IMG/VR virus record: IMGVR_UViG_3300020057_000052
Coordinates: 1 to 46,758 of that record
DNA from: a virus
Lineage: Duplodnaviria; Caudoviricetes
Reading direction: 5' to 3' (one strand)
DNA: 46,758 nucleotides
Made by a program: the position numbers and the translations under genes. A model generated the notes under the pieces. The model was not told the origin of the DNA and made no database searches. It was given only the letters and a program-made list of their open reading frames with translations. This document shows, one piece after another, positions 1-8,942 of the stretch. Position 1 is the first letter of the stretch; every line of letters starts with the position of its first letter.

Positions 1-109
1 ATTCGAGGGAGGGCGACGACGAAGGCGCAGCGGGGCCGACGGCTGAGCCGCGCGGTGGGGTGGTGGTCGCTGCTTTGCGCTTCGGTGGTGCTGTCTTCTT
101 CGTCGCCAT
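1..109 (-). CDS. Partial ORF (MATKKTAPPKRK...), runs off the left edge; basic N-terminus, possibly a packaging-module gene
   Basis: ATG at 109, frame open to position 1; function suggested by position only. Confidence 0.35.
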   Translation of the reverse strand, partial: MATKKTAPPKRKAATTTPPRGSAVGPAAPSSSPSLE

Positions 110-198
110 CGGTGTAGGTGCGGCGCAGGCCATCCCCTCGGTGTACCGGGAGACGGGCGGCCCCGGAGGATGGATGGGCCTGCGCCAGCTTGAAAATG

Positions 199-224
199 AA
201 AAAGGCCCGCGTGCTGCGGGCCTT
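199..224 (-). terminator. Rho-independent terminator
   Basis: Hairpin AAGGCCCGC-N5-GCGGGCCTT followed by a T-run on the minus strand, downstream of ORF 253..552. Confidence 0.7.
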
Positions 225-252
225 GAGGTGGGCATGGAGTGCTCCGCGAGGA

Positions 253-552
253 TTACACTACCAGCATTGTGATCGGTGGCGCCGTCAGGCGGTCGTCACG
301 GTCGGCACATAGGAGAGTCAGGACCAAGGTGTTGGCCAGCCTCTTCATGAACTTGTCGGCCTCTCCGGGGCGCTTCTTTTCGAGCGCGTCAAGGTGGTAG
401 GCGATGTCCTTCGCCATCTCGTTGTTCATCTCGTCGATGCATTCGTCCACAGTGGCGTCTGCCGGGTCTTCGAGCGGGGTCGTCTGGCCGTTGCCGATGT
501 CGTCGAGGGTTGTGCCCTCGATCCAGGCGGGGAGCGGGGTCGTCTGTTCCAT
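253..552 (-). CDS. Hypothetical protein
   Basis: AAGGAG RBS upstream of ATG; plausible composition. Confidence 0.7.
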   Translation of the reverse strand: MEQTTPLPAWIEGTTLDDIGNGQTTPLEDPADATVDECIDEMNNEMAKDIAYHLDALEKKRPGEADKFMKRLANTLVLTLLCADRDDRLTAPPITMLVV

Positions 553-600
553 TTTCAGTGGGTCTCCTTGTTGAACTTCACGATGCCATTATGGCATGTG

Positions 601-1005
601 TTACACCTCGATACGCGTCAATTCACCCCCCTTCGTCTGGCTGGCCATCAGGCGGACGGCAATCTCCGTGACGTGCGCACGGTCTCGCAGTCCTGGCCAC
701 TCCTGCAGCAGGTAGTGCTCGGCGATGAGCTGGGCCTCGGGCGGCGGGCCGGTGTAGGCGCGCACCGCGGCGTTGATGTAGGCGCTCTGCCCCGAGCCGC
801 GGAACTCTGGACAGGCGGCCTTGATCTTTTCCCAGACGTCGGGGTCGACGCGCACGGTGGTGGTCTCGACGCCCGCCGCCAGCTTGTTGCGCGCGTACCG
901 ACTGGTCTTCTTCGCGCTCGGCGGTGGTGGTGGTGCGGGCTCGAGCATGACCGCGGCGATGTCGGCGGCCGTCTGCCGGAGCGAGGCGGTGATCTCGATG
1001 TTCAC
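601..1005 (-). CDS. Probable ribbon-helix-helix DNA-binding protein
   Basis: TTTVRVDPDVWEKIK...GQSAYINAAV strand-helix-helix pattern; GTG start overlaps the upstream stop (GTGA). Confidence 0.6.
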   Translation of the reverse strand: MNIEITASLRQTAADIAAVMLEPAPPPPPSAKKTSRYARNKLAAGVETTTVRVDPDVWEKIKAACPEFRGSGQSAYINAAVRAYTGPPPEAQLIAEHYLLQEWPGLRDRAHVTEIAVRLMASQTKGGELTRIEV

Positions 1006-1271
1006 ACCCGCCTCGCCGCGGCCGCGTGGGCATACTCCACGCCAGCAACAAACCCGGCGTGACCGTCGCCGTAGTCGGGGCGATCGTCCTCGTCCTGGCC
1101 GTACCACCAGCGCTCGAACGCCGCGAGCAGTGTGCGGCCATCCTCGCCTCGATGCGCGGCGCCGTGGCTGTCGCGCTCCTCAAGGGCTTGCTCCATCAGC
1201 GTGTAGGCAAAGCCTCGGCTGCATCCGGTCGCACCCGCGATCAGGTCGGCGGCGTCGATCTCCGCGCTCAT
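1002..1271 (-). CDS. Hypothetical protein
   Basis: Start/stop coupling with both neighbours. Confidence 0.65.
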   Translation of the reverse strand: MSAEIDAADLIAGATGCSRGFAYTLMEQALEERDSHGAAHRGEDGRTLLAAFERWWYGQDEDDRPDYGDGHAGFVAGVEYAHAAAARRV

Positions 1272-1642
1272 GCCGCCGCCGGCACGATGACCGTCCGCTC
1301 GCCCTTGATGATCAGACCGGTGCGCGGCAGGCTGTCGATCTCTGCGCCGTCCGAAGAGCGGGGCATTTTTCGGACGGCAGCATTGATGAGGAACGGCGCC
1401 AGCATGTGCTCCGGCGGCGCGGCCGCGGCGATCTTCATCCTCGGCGGCTCCATCTCGATGACCGCCGCCTCATAGCTCGCCTCGCCCACCGGGTGGGGCC
1501 AGCTCCACACGCGCATGTCGGCGTAGTCGTCCGCGCAGGCCTGGGCGAGGGAGGCACACTGGGCCTCGTCGTGGTGCGGCGAGAGCGCGTACAGCGCCTC
1601 GGCGAAGCGGCGCTTCCACGCCCTCCGGGTCAGTGGTCTCAT
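1268..1642 (-). CDS. Hypothetical protein (MRPLTRRAW...)
   Basis: GAGGAG RBS; ATGA overlaps with neighbours. Confidence 0.65.
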   Translation of the reverse strand: MRPLTRRAWKRRFAEALYALSPHHDEAQCASLAQACADDYADMRVWSWPHPVGEASYEAAVIEMEPPRMKIAAAAPPEHMLAPFLINAAVRKMPRSSDGAEIDSLPRTGLIIKGERTVIVPAAA

Positions 1643-1827
1643 GGTGTGGTCTCCTCGATGGTGGTGTCGGCGATCGCGGCGAAGGGCTTCTGCTCTTCGG
1701 CGACGCGGTAGCCGCGTTGGCGCGCCGCCTTGCGGCGGTTGCTCTCGATGCGTTGCTGCACGATGGCCCACTGACCGGCCAGGATGTCCTGTCGGGTTGC
1801 TGTGCCCAGCCGGTAGGGGCCGCTCAT
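1639..1827 (-). CDS. Hypothetical protein
   Basis: AAGGAGG RBS; coupled to the downstream gene. Confidence 0.6.
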   Translation of the reverse strand: MSGPYRLGTATRQDILAGQWAIVQQRIESNRRKAARQRGYRVAEEQKPFAAIADTTIEETTP

Positions 1828-1828
1828 G

Positions 1829-2590
1829 TCAGGCCTCCTTGCCGGTAGCTGGCTGCCTCGCGAGCAGGCGAATCCATGCTGTCAGGTCGCCTTCGAGCGC
1901 ATCGCCGATGGCGCTCTTGGCCTGGTCCAGGCCGCCGGCGACGCCTCGCCGGTAGGCCACATCGAGCGCCGCGTTGGCCACAGCGAGCGCGCCGTCGGCC
2001 GCGGCGAGCGCGTCGTCGGCCACAGCGAGCGCGTCGTTGGCCGCGGCGAGCCGCGTCTCCAGGTCAATGATCCTGGCGTGGCCGGCCTCGGTCTGCTTCC
2101 ACTGCTGAGCCGCCGCGTGGGGCGAGATGGCCGGCGCAACGACCCGATAGGCGTAGGGCTCATTCAGCTGCACGGGGACGCCGCTGCGGTGGGCGCGCCG
2201 GGCGCGGGTGGTCTCGTGCTCTCGAGTGGCATCGCAGGCGGGGGCCGGCACAGCGGTGTAGACGCCGCGCTCGTCGTCGAACTGCAGCTCGCTCTGCTCC
2301 GCCCGCAGCCCCATGTAGGCCACCCGCACGCCCGGCTTGACCCGGTAGTCCAGGCCCTCCAGCAGCGGGCCGTCTCCTTGCGACCACCACACGGGCCTGG
2401 GCCCGTAGCGCCAGCGCCACTGCACGGGAACGCCGTGCTTGTGCGCGCGAATGGCGCGGCGCGTCTCGGCTCGGCCCGCGATCAGGTCCACCTCGCCGTC
2501 GGCCGCGGTCTTGGCCTCGGTCTTGGTCTCGGTCTTGGTCTTGGTCTTGGTCTCGTTCTCGTTCTCGTTCTCGTTCTCGAATTCCATCAT
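1829..2590 (-). CDS. Hypothetical protein with N-terminal (EN)n/(TK)n tract and C-terminal coiled coil
   Basis: AAGGAG RBS; heptad repeats ALAVADD/ALAAADG/ALAVANA. Confidence 0.7.
   Translation of the reverse strand: MMEFENENENENETKTKTKTETKTEAKTAADGEVDLIAGRAETRRAIRAHKHGVPVQWRWRYGPRPVWWSQGDGPLLEGLDYRVKPGVRVAYMGLRAEQSELQFDDERGVYTAVPAPACDATREHETTRARRAHRSGVPVQLNEPYAYRVVAPAISPHAAAQQWKQTEAGHARIIDLETRLAAANDALAVADDALAAADGALAVANAALDVAYRRGVAGGLDQAKSAIGDALEGDLTAWIRLLARQPATGKEA
2508..2580. repeat. In-frame hexanucleotide microsatellite (GTCTTG/GTCTCG/GTTCTC)n
   Basis: Directly visible tandem hexamers encoding ENENENENETKTKTKTETK. Confidence 0.9.
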
Positions 2591-2600
2591 GGTCTCCTTT

Positions 2601-3026
2601 TCAGCTCGAAAACCCGGGCGAACGGCCGGTGCGTTTGTTACAAATGTGGATATCTCCCCCTTGATCGAGGGACGACGCGGTCAGCAAGATCGAGCCGCCC
2701 TTCTCGGGCTCGACCCACTCCCAGTCACCCCGCTGGATCACCTTGTTCGAGTCGTCGGCCCAGAAGCCGGCCAGGGTCAGCGCGTCCTTGACGACCTTGA
2801 GCAGGTTGTCCGCGTCGCGGGCCCGGCGGTCGGGGGGTACGAAGGTCCAGGCCACGCTGATGGGGCCAGGAGGGGCCCTGCGGCCCCGCAGCGCCTGCGC
2901 AACGAGCGCCCGGTAGGCCAGGGCCTCCTTGGACACGTAGTGCCGTCCTGTGGCCGTATGACGCACGGAATGGTTGCCTGTACGGCCAGGGTAGGGCAGC
3001 TCGATGGTGACAGTGGATATCATCAT
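2601..3026 (-). CDS. rusA: RusA-family Holliday junction resolvase
   Basis: LPYP..N, PPDRRARDADNLLKVVKDALT and WADDS motifs. Confidence 0.9.
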   Translation of the reverse strand: MMISTVTIELPYPGRTGNHSVRHTATGRHYVSKEALAYRALVAQALRGRRAPPGPISVAWTFVPPDRRARDADNLLKVVKDALTLAGFWADDSNKVIQRGDWEWVEPEKGGSILLTASSLDQGGDIHICNKRTGRSPGFSS

Positions 3027-3056
3027 GATGTTAGTTGGCGCTAACGGACTTTTGGT

Positions 3057-3360
3057 GGCAGCACAGACAAAACAAGCAAAAAGACGCAAGACGGGGGTCC
3101 TTAGGGGCTGGCCTCGCGTGAAAAGAGATCAAATAATATATATATGTTAAAAAGAAGTTTTTTGTATATATATAGAAGAAGGACAAGCAAAATCAACAAC
3201 TTACAGCACAGACACCGGTGTCACGCTGTGTCTCCGCCGTCTCCGTTGCGAACGCCTTTTGTTGGTGGACACTAACATCAGGCAGCGCAGACACCGGCGT
3301 CTTGCCGTCATCAGGCAGCGCAGACACGGCGTCTTGCTGCGTCTTGCTGTCATCAGGCGG
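3057..3360. other. Candidate replication origin: AT-rich core (about 3120-3200) flanked by iteron-like repeats
   Basis: The most AT-rich tract in the window, with TATATATA runs; repeats CAGC(A/G)CAGACA and CGTCTTG/CAAGACG on both sides; located at the 3' end of the primase gene. Confidence 0.6.
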
Positions 3361-5832
3361 CGCGAACGCCTTCGCGACGTACGCCTCGCATGACCTGTTG
3401 TTAGTGGCCACAAACTTGACCGCCACGATTTCATCGCGCGCCTGCAGCAGCTGCAGCAGGGCCATCTGCTTCTTCAGGTCAGCGATCCTGCGGAAGGGTC
3501 TGCTGAACGTGCAGAGACGGGCGAACGTAAGGCCGGTCTCCTCGCCCATGCTGATCACCCGAACGACGTCCTGGCCGACCCGATCCATCTCGCTGTCACC
3601 CACCCGCGCGGCCACCTCTCGCTCCATCTCCAGCACGACATGCTTGATGAAGTCAATCGCCCAGGCGGTCGAGCGAGCGTCGACTTCCAGGCTGCTCTGG
3701 CCGCCCTGGGGCAGCGCCGCGAGCGACGCCTGACCCACGGCAATGACCACCGCCAGCTTGATCGCCTGCTCGCGTGCTCGCACCCACATCTCTGCCAGGG
3801 CCGCCGTGTCCGGGTTCTGGCCCAGCTCGTCCTGGCGGTCTCTGATCCACGCCAGGAACTGCGTCATCAACGTCTGGGCCATCGGGTCGGCCGGCACCTC
3901 GATCGGCGACGCCGCATCGAGCCCGATCATCCCGCCAGCGTGCATCCCTCGCACTGCCTTGATCCACTCGACGATGTCCTGGGGCGCATCGCCCAGGGCG
4001 GCGTCCTCCTGGTCCACTGGCCAGCCCTTCGGCGCCGTGATCACCAGCATGCGGTTCAGCCAGCCGCTCGACACGCTCGTGCTCGTGAGGGAGCCGTAGA
4101 AGGACTCGGGCACCGAGGTGCAGTACATCGCGGCGTGCGGGCAGGTGATGTCGAGCCGCGCGCGATCCTTCTGGTTCGCGTACTCGGCGCCCTTGTAGAC
4201 CGTGGCGGTGGAGCTGAACATCTTCTTCATGATGGTCATGACGCCCCTCTCATGGTTCGCCGCCTTCTCGCCGCTGATGGCGGACACGAGGTCACCGAAC
4301 TCGTCGAGGAGGAACAGGGAGTTGGACACCTTGCTCATGCGCGTGAGCAAGCCCTGGCCGGACACCATCTCCTCGCCGCCGAGGTGCGCCCCCATGCCGG
4401 CGGCGTGCAGTGCGATGTTGATGGCCTTGCGCGCGTGGTCCTTGCCGGCCCCCGACGCCGCGAGGCTCAGCACGTAGAAATTGGTCCGCGCCTTGGTGTG
4501 GCTCATGACCTTTTGCCCGAGCACCGATCCCATCATTGTGATACTTGCGCCCACGGCCAGCTCCGGCTGGGGCTGCTGGCTGGTCTGGAGAATCCAGTCG
4601 ACCATCCTGCCCACCATGCCCGGCGGGCGCAGGAGGTGCGCCGGCCAGGGCTTCGTTCTCGTTTCGAGAATTGAGAATGACGCCGAACTATTCGCCGAGC
4701 CACACGCGCCGGGGCCCTTGGCAGCTATGGGCTCTGCTATGGGCTCATGGGCCCTTGAGTGCCCATTAACCAGCTCAATGCGCTCTTGAGGCACCATCGC
4801 CGCCCGCCGCCTCGCCTGGGCCGCCAGGGCCGCGTCGAGGTCGATCTGCGTGTCCACCACTAGCGCATCGCGCTCGATGCCCAGCATCTGGGCCGCATCT
4901 TTCACCGCTGCGCTCATGTCGCCGTCGTGGTGGAGGATGGTGAAGAGCGAGAAGGCGTCGTGCGCGTAGCCGTCGGCCAGGGGGTCGGAGCCGTGGTGCG
5001 AGAAGGCCCGGCCTTCGGGGAGGATGACCACGCCCGGGATCACCGTGCTCGAGCTGGGGGCGAGGTAGCGCTTGCCGCGCCTCTTGTACCCGTTGGCCTC
5101 GAGCACCGAGCCGACGTCGTTGGCCCGGTTGTAGGCCTCGATCACGCCGGTGCTCGTGCCCGGCGTGCGTGCCCGCATTGGCCTCGCCACCGGTGGCGTC
5201 TTGCGCCAGGGGCAGAGAGCCTGGACCGCCTCGCGCACGCCCGTCTTCGTGTCCGCGTAGTCGCGCCAGAAGTGGAGGAGAGCCTCGGGGATCGCCGGCA
5301 CCTCGTCGCGGTCCCAGGGCGCGAACCCCTCCATCCACTCGTAGGTCGCGCCGCTGGGGTGCAGCGAGGGCGGCAGCACGTCCTGGCTCGGGCCAGAGCG
5401 CAGCTCGAAGACCGAGAACTTGTCGGTGATCTTCGTGCCGTCCTTCGTGGGCCAGTTGATCTTCACCAGCGGCATGTCGGGGCAGCGGAAGATCGCCTTC
5501 GCCCGATCTGGCTGCGACGAGTTGATGCGCAGGCCGCGAGCCAGCAGGTCGTCGATGTCGATGCTGAACTCGTCGAGGATCACGCGGGTGAATGCCTCGG
5601 AGTCCACGTCGAGCGCGACCGTGCCCGAGGGCTGATGGCACAGGCCGAGGTTGATGGCGCCATGCTTGAGGCGCTCCACCAGCTTGGCCGGATCGTCGAT
5701 CAGCTCGGCGGCGGTGTTCCAGCCTGGGTTCGATGGCCCCTTCTGTCCGGAGGGGATGGCGGCCAGCTTCCAGCCCTGCTGCAGGTACGCGAGCCCGTGC
5801 TCAAGCACCCGCGAGGTTCTCGCGTCGATCAT
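3193..5832 (-). CDS. Bifunctional DNA primase/polymerase (Prim-Pol) fused to a P-loop helicase-like (DUF3987-type) domain
   Basis: N-terminal KGP..GW, NLGL, VALDVD and QDVLPPSLHPSGATYEW motifs; Walker A ASGAGKD and Walker B FLLDEFG. Confidence 0.88.
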   Translation of the reverse strand: MIDARTSRVLEHGLAYLQQGWKLAAIPSGQKGPSNPGWNTAAELIDDPAKLVERLKHGAINLGLCHQPSGTVALDVDSEAFTRVILDEFSIDIDDLLARGLRINSSQPDRAKAIFRCPDMPLVKINWPTKDGTKITDKFSVFELRSGPSQDVLPPSLHPSGATYEWMEGFAPWDRDEVPAIPEALLHFWRDYADTKTGVREAVQALCPWRKTPPVARPMRARTPGTSTGVIEAYNRANDVGSVLEANGYKRRGKRYLAPSSSTVIPGVVILPEGRAFSHHGSDPLADGYAHDAFSLFTILHHDGDMSAAVKDAAQMLGIERDALVVDTQIDLDAALAAQARRRAAMVPQERIELVNGHSRAHEPIAEPIAAKGPGACGSANSSASFSILETRTKPWPAHLLRPPGMVGRMVDWILQTSQQPQPELAVGASITMMGSVLGQKVMSHTKARTNFYVLSLAASGAGKDHARKAINIALHAAGMGAHLGGEEMVSGQGLLTRMSKVSNSLFLLDEFGDLVSAISGEKAANHERGVMTIMKKMFSSTATVYKGAEYANQKDRARLDITCPHAAMYCTSVPESFYGSLTSTSVSSGWLNRMLVITAPKGWPVDQEDAALGDAPQDIVEWIKAVRGMHAGGMIGLDAASPIEVPADPMAQTLMTQFLAWIRDRQDELGQNPDTAALAEMWVRAREQAIKLAVVIAVGQASLAALPQGGQSSLEVDARSTAWAIDFIKHVVLEMEREVAARVGDSEMDRVGQDVVRVISMGEETGLTFARLCTFSRPFRRIADLKKQMALLQLLQARDEIVAVKFVATNNRSCEAYVAKAFAPPDDSKTQQDAVSALPDDGKTPVSALPDVSVHQQKAFATETAETQRDTGVCAVSC

Positions 5833-5897
5833 GTGTCTCCTGGTGTCGTGAGGTGTGTTGTGATATTTCGCGGCGCTGTCCTACACTGCGGCGACTA

Positions 5898-6095
5898 TCA
5901 CAAACCTGATACTGACGCCCTGACATTGCGGCCGGCTTGGAGCGCGCCGCCCGTGATATTCTCCAGGGTCAGCTGCTTGATCGCGGGGATCGCCCCACGA
6001 GAGAGCCAGTTGCTGACCGCCGGTTGGGAGACCCCAAGGGCGGCGGCAAGTGCCGATTGGGTCCTGAAGTGCTTGATCGCTTGTTTCGGTGTCAT
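5898..6095 (-). CDS. cro: Cro-like HTH transcriptional regulator
   Basis: AIKHFRTQSALAAALGVSQPAVSNW..RGAIP; AAGGAG RBS. Confidence 0.9.
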   Translation of the reverse strand: MTPKQAIKHFRTQSALAAALGVSQPAVSNWLSRGAIPAIKQLTLENITGGALQAGRNVRASVSGL

Positions 6096-6187
6096 CGTGG
6101 TCTCCTTCCGGGTGGGATCGCAAGGTCCAATAATAACCCGCGCAACAGCTTTGTGATAGGTGGAGGGCAGCGAACACCACGGGACTG

Positions 6188-6313
6188 ATGGACATGTACG
6201 AGAGCATGAGCGACACGAAGCGCGCGGAGCTGATTGGTATCGCGTACGTGCTCAACGCCAGCGAGAAATCGACCAGCTACTCGGCGACGACGCAGGCCGC
6301 CAATCTGGGCTGA
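6188..6313 (+). pseudogene. Possible C-terminal remnant of a CI/Xre-type repressor (MDMYESMSDTKRAELIGIAYVL...)
   Basis: Divergent from cro in the usual cI position; resembles the L..Y..L....R..L...A..L C-terminal helix pair of Xre repressors; no HTH; followed by a terminator. Confidence 0.4.
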
Positions 6314-6323
6314 GCACCCTGTC

Positions 6324-6355
6324 AAGCCCTGGCCAACACAAGGTCGGGGCTTTTG
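6324..6355 (+). terminator. Rho-independent terminator
   Basis: AAGCCCTGGCC-loop-GGTCGGGGCTT followed by TTG. Confidence 0.6.
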
Positions 6356-6399
6356 TGATTAACCACACACTTTAGTCGGGATTGACGACGCCCGGTCAG

Positions 6400-6429
6400 T
6401 TGACTCGGGTATCAGCTTTGTGATGCAAT
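6400..6429 (+). promoter_or_regulatory. Sigma70-type early promoter with an operator in the spacer
   Basis: TTGACT-N18-TGCAAT with extended -10 TGn; TATCAGCTTTGTGATG at 6410-6425. Confidence 0.7.
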
Positions 6430-6455
6430 GGCTACTCACAACAACGGAGTCCGCC

Positions 6456-6842
6456 ATGACCAAGACCTACACCGTCACCAACGCCAGGACCAACCAGGAG
6501 GTTTTCGTCGGCACCCTCGCCGAATGGGATCACTGGTACGGTTTGAACTGCGACCGCTGGGACCGCCCGGCCGGCCTCACGGTCGATAGCGACACGCGCA
6601 CCGAGAAGCGGATCACGGTCCGCCCTCGGTCCTCGGCCCCGCTGCTCGCCGCCCTGCTCTACGCCTACGCCCCGATCCCGGCCCTCGCCGGCGTCCTGAA
6701 GTGCCAGGGCATCTTCGACGACAACATGAGCGCCATCGTCTACCGCAAGGACTTCACGGCCGACCAAGTCGTGGTCCTCAGCGGCTACCGCGGCGACCGC
6801 ATCTACTCGGTCGATCACACGCCGTTCGGGGAGAAGCAATGA
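6456..6842 (+). CDS. Hypothetical early protein
   Basis: GGAG RBS, GC3-rich codons. Confidence 0.7.
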   Translation: MTKTYTVTNARTNQEVFVGTLAEWDHWYGLNCDRWDRPAGLTVDSDTRTEKRITVRPRSSAPLLAALLYAYAPIPALAGVLKCQGIFDDNMSAIVYRKDFTADQVVVLSGYRGDRIYSVDHTPFGEKQ

Positions 6843-7045
6843 ACAGCACCGCAGTCATCACCTACCGGGTACGCGAAGCCGGCGAGCTTGTCGAGAAGGT
6901 CGAGAAGCAGGACCGCGCGGATTGCCTGCTTGAGTGCGGCGACGACGCCACCGCCCGCGAAAACATCATCGAAGGCATCGGCGAGCACCTAGCCGCCTTG
7001 CCGGGCTTCGTGGAGTTTACCGGCGGCTACTGGGAGGCCGCATGA
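6839..7045 (+). CDS. Hypothetical early protein
   Basis: ATGA overlap, GGAG RBS. Confidence 0.65.
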   Translation: MNSTAVITYRVREAGELVEKVEKQDRADCLLECGDDATARENIIEGIGEHLAALPGFVEFTGGYWEAA

Positions 7046-7125
7046 ATCTCACCGACACCACGCCGTTCCAAGGCTGAGAGCGACTGCAGGACTGAACCAT
7101 CACAATGCCCATGAAGGAGAGTGTC

Positions 7126-7344
7126 ATGTTCCACACCCCAGCTCACAAGGTCGTCCCGGTCCACACCGTTGTCTCCAGCGAAGCCGGCGTCATCGGCTAC
7201 ACGGTCGGCCCCCAAGGTGCCCAGGCCGGCGCTGACTACGCCAATTGCATGGCCCGCCAGCGCGGCTCGAAGGCCCGCTACCACGCCGGCTACGACTGCC
7301 CCGCCCAGCTCGTCAACGACCTGACCGCCACGCGCTCGGCCTGA
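7126..7344 (+). CDS. Hypothetical early protein
   Basis: AAGGAG RBS. Confidence 0.65.
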   Translation: MFHTPAHKVVPVHTVVSSEAGVIGYTVGPQGAQAGADYANCMARQRGSKARYHAGYDCPAQLVNDLTATRSA

Positions 7345-7386
7345 TCTATCACATTGCCACTGACCCCCGCCACCAAGGAGAACACC

Positions 7387-7572
7387 ATGAGCATGACCCG
7401 CAAGGACTACGTCTACATCGCCGCCGCCCTGAAACAGGCCGTCGACGACGCCAAGGACCCGGTGGAGCGCCTTGGCGCCAGGAGCGCCGCGCTCCGCGTC
7501 GCCGCCGCCATCGGCTGCAACAACGCCACCTTCGACTACCCGCGCTTCCTCGCCGCCTCTGGCGCCCTCTGA
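7387..7572 (+). CDS. Small conserved phage protein (MTRKDY..IA...FD..RFL type)
   Basis: AAGGAG RBS; motif pattern recurrent in phage early regions. Confidence 0.7.
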   Translation: MSMTRKDYVYIAAALKQAVDDAKDPVERLGARSAALRVAAAIGCNNATFDYPRFLAASGAL

Positions 7573-7662
7573 CCCGCTGACCCCAGCGACATGCCCTCCG
7601 GGGCATGTCAGTGGCGTCCGCCGCACGGTAGCCGGCCGCACCCGGCTCAAGGAGTTCGTCTC

Positions 7663-8133
7663 ATGGGTAACTTTGTGAAAGCTGCTTGGCACTTCGTCGG
7701 CAACCGTCTGCGCGATGGCGCACCGATCCCGAAGGACGGGGAAAAGCTGATCTACCCCGGCCAGCCGATTCTGTGCGAGCGAGGGCTGCACGCCAGCCTG
7801 CAGGCGTTCGATGCGCTGCAGTACGCGCCGGGCAATACGCTCTGCCTCGTCGAGTGCGGCGGGACCGTCCTGCACAGCGATGACAAACTCGTTTGCACCG
7901 AGCGGACCATTCTGGCGCGCATGGATGCCGAGCCGCTGCTTCGGCAGTTCGCTCGCTCGCAAGCGCTGGCTGTCTTGCATTTGTGGGAGCCGCCGCAAGT
8001 CGTTCTCGACTACCTCATGGGCGACGATGCCGCGAGGTATGCCGCGAGGTATGCCGCGAGGGATGCCGCGTGGGCTGCCGCGAAAAAGGATTTCAACGCC
8101 CTAGTGGCCGAAGCGTTCGAGGATTGGCTGTGA
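7663..8133 (+). CDS. Conserved phage hypothetical protein (LCERGLHAS...DK.V motif; AARY/AARD/AAW repeats)
   Basis: AAGGAG RBS; 12-nt tandem repeat ATGCCGCGAGGT near 8028-8070. Confidence 0.7.
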   Translation: MGNFVKAAWHFVGNRLRDGAPIPKDGEKLIYPGQPILCERGLHASLQAFDALQYAPGNTLCLVECGGTVLHSDDKLVCTERTILARMDAEPLLRQFARSQALAVLHLWEPPQVVLDYLMGDDAARYAARYAARDAAWAAAKKDFNALVAEAFEDWL

Positions 8134-8237
8134 AGTCCGTGAAAGCTCTTCGTCCTCCAGGCCTGACCTATCGCTGACCGCAGCCGCCTGCCCATCCCGG
8201 CAGGCGAGTGCAGCCCGCACGTTCACAGGAGAGTCAC

Positions 8238-8468
8238 ATGACCACCATTAGCATCGGCCCCCGCTTCACCGACTACAAGTCCCGAGCCGCGCTCGTCCTG
8301 GCGCTTGTCGCCGACAAGGACTTCACGGTCAACGACATGTCGTCCCAGTGGGACGGCATGGCCTGCAACCTCACCGACCTGCGCGCCGCCGGCATCACGA
8401 CCGTCCGCGCCCGGTACGACCGGCTGATGAAGCAAACCTCGATCGACATCTCCAAGAACATCGCCTAA
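8238..8468 (+). CDS. Small conserved phage protein (DYKS...KDF motif)
   Basis: AGGAG RBS. Confidence 0.7.
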   Translation: MTTISIGPRFTDYKSRAALVLALVADKDFTVNDMSSQWDGMACNLTDLRAAGITTVRARYDRLMKQTSIDISKNIA

Positions 8469-8480
8469 AAGGAGCACATC

Positions 8481-8912
8481 ATGGGCAACAGAGCAACAGT
8501 TTCCTTCGCCGGCACGGGCCCCGCCGCGCCGTGCGTCTACCTCCACTGGAACGGAGGGCGCTGCAGCGTCGAGGCCTTCCTCGATGTCGTCCGCAGCGAG
8601 CGCGAAAAAACGACCAGCCCCGGCGCGCACATCGCGCCCATCGCGGCCCGAGACGCCTTCGCTCGCGCCGCCCTCGCATTCATCGGGTCGAGCGTGTACG
8701 TCGGCCGGTACGACGCGTGCGACACCGACAACCATGACAACGGCACGTATGTCGTCGACTCCAACCTCGACATCACCGATCGGCTGTTCATGCGCAATTG
8801 CCAGGAGGAGAACGACGACGTGAAGCGCGCCGCCATCGTCGGCGAGACGCTGGCGAAGGCCCGCGTGATGGGCGAGGAGGCCTACCGCGCCCAGCTTGTG
8901 CCCGCCGCCTGA
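8481..8912 (+). CDS. Conserved phage hypothetical protein (MGNRA...VYLHWNGG...DNG.Y)
   Basis: AAGGAG RBS; recognisable motif pattern. Confidence 0.75.
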   Translation: MGNRATVSFAGTGPAAPCVYLHWNGGRCSVEAFLDVVRSEREKTTSPGAHIAPIAARDAFARAALAFIGSSVYVGRYDACDTDNHDNGTYVVDSNLDITDRLFMRNCQEENDDVKRAAIVGETLAKARVMGEEAYRAQLVPAA

Positions 8913-8942
8913 GCCCACCACCCTCTACACCAGGAGAGTCAC

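Noticed and set aside
6160-6375. 71-aa ORF as the CI repressor
   Set aside because: No HTH; it runs through a terminator; the 6188..6313 frame has better codon usage
7588-8206. GC-rich hairpins at 7588-7609 and 8185-8206 as terminators
   Set aside because: No U-tract; they may be processing or stability hairpins, but this cannot be supported from sequence alone
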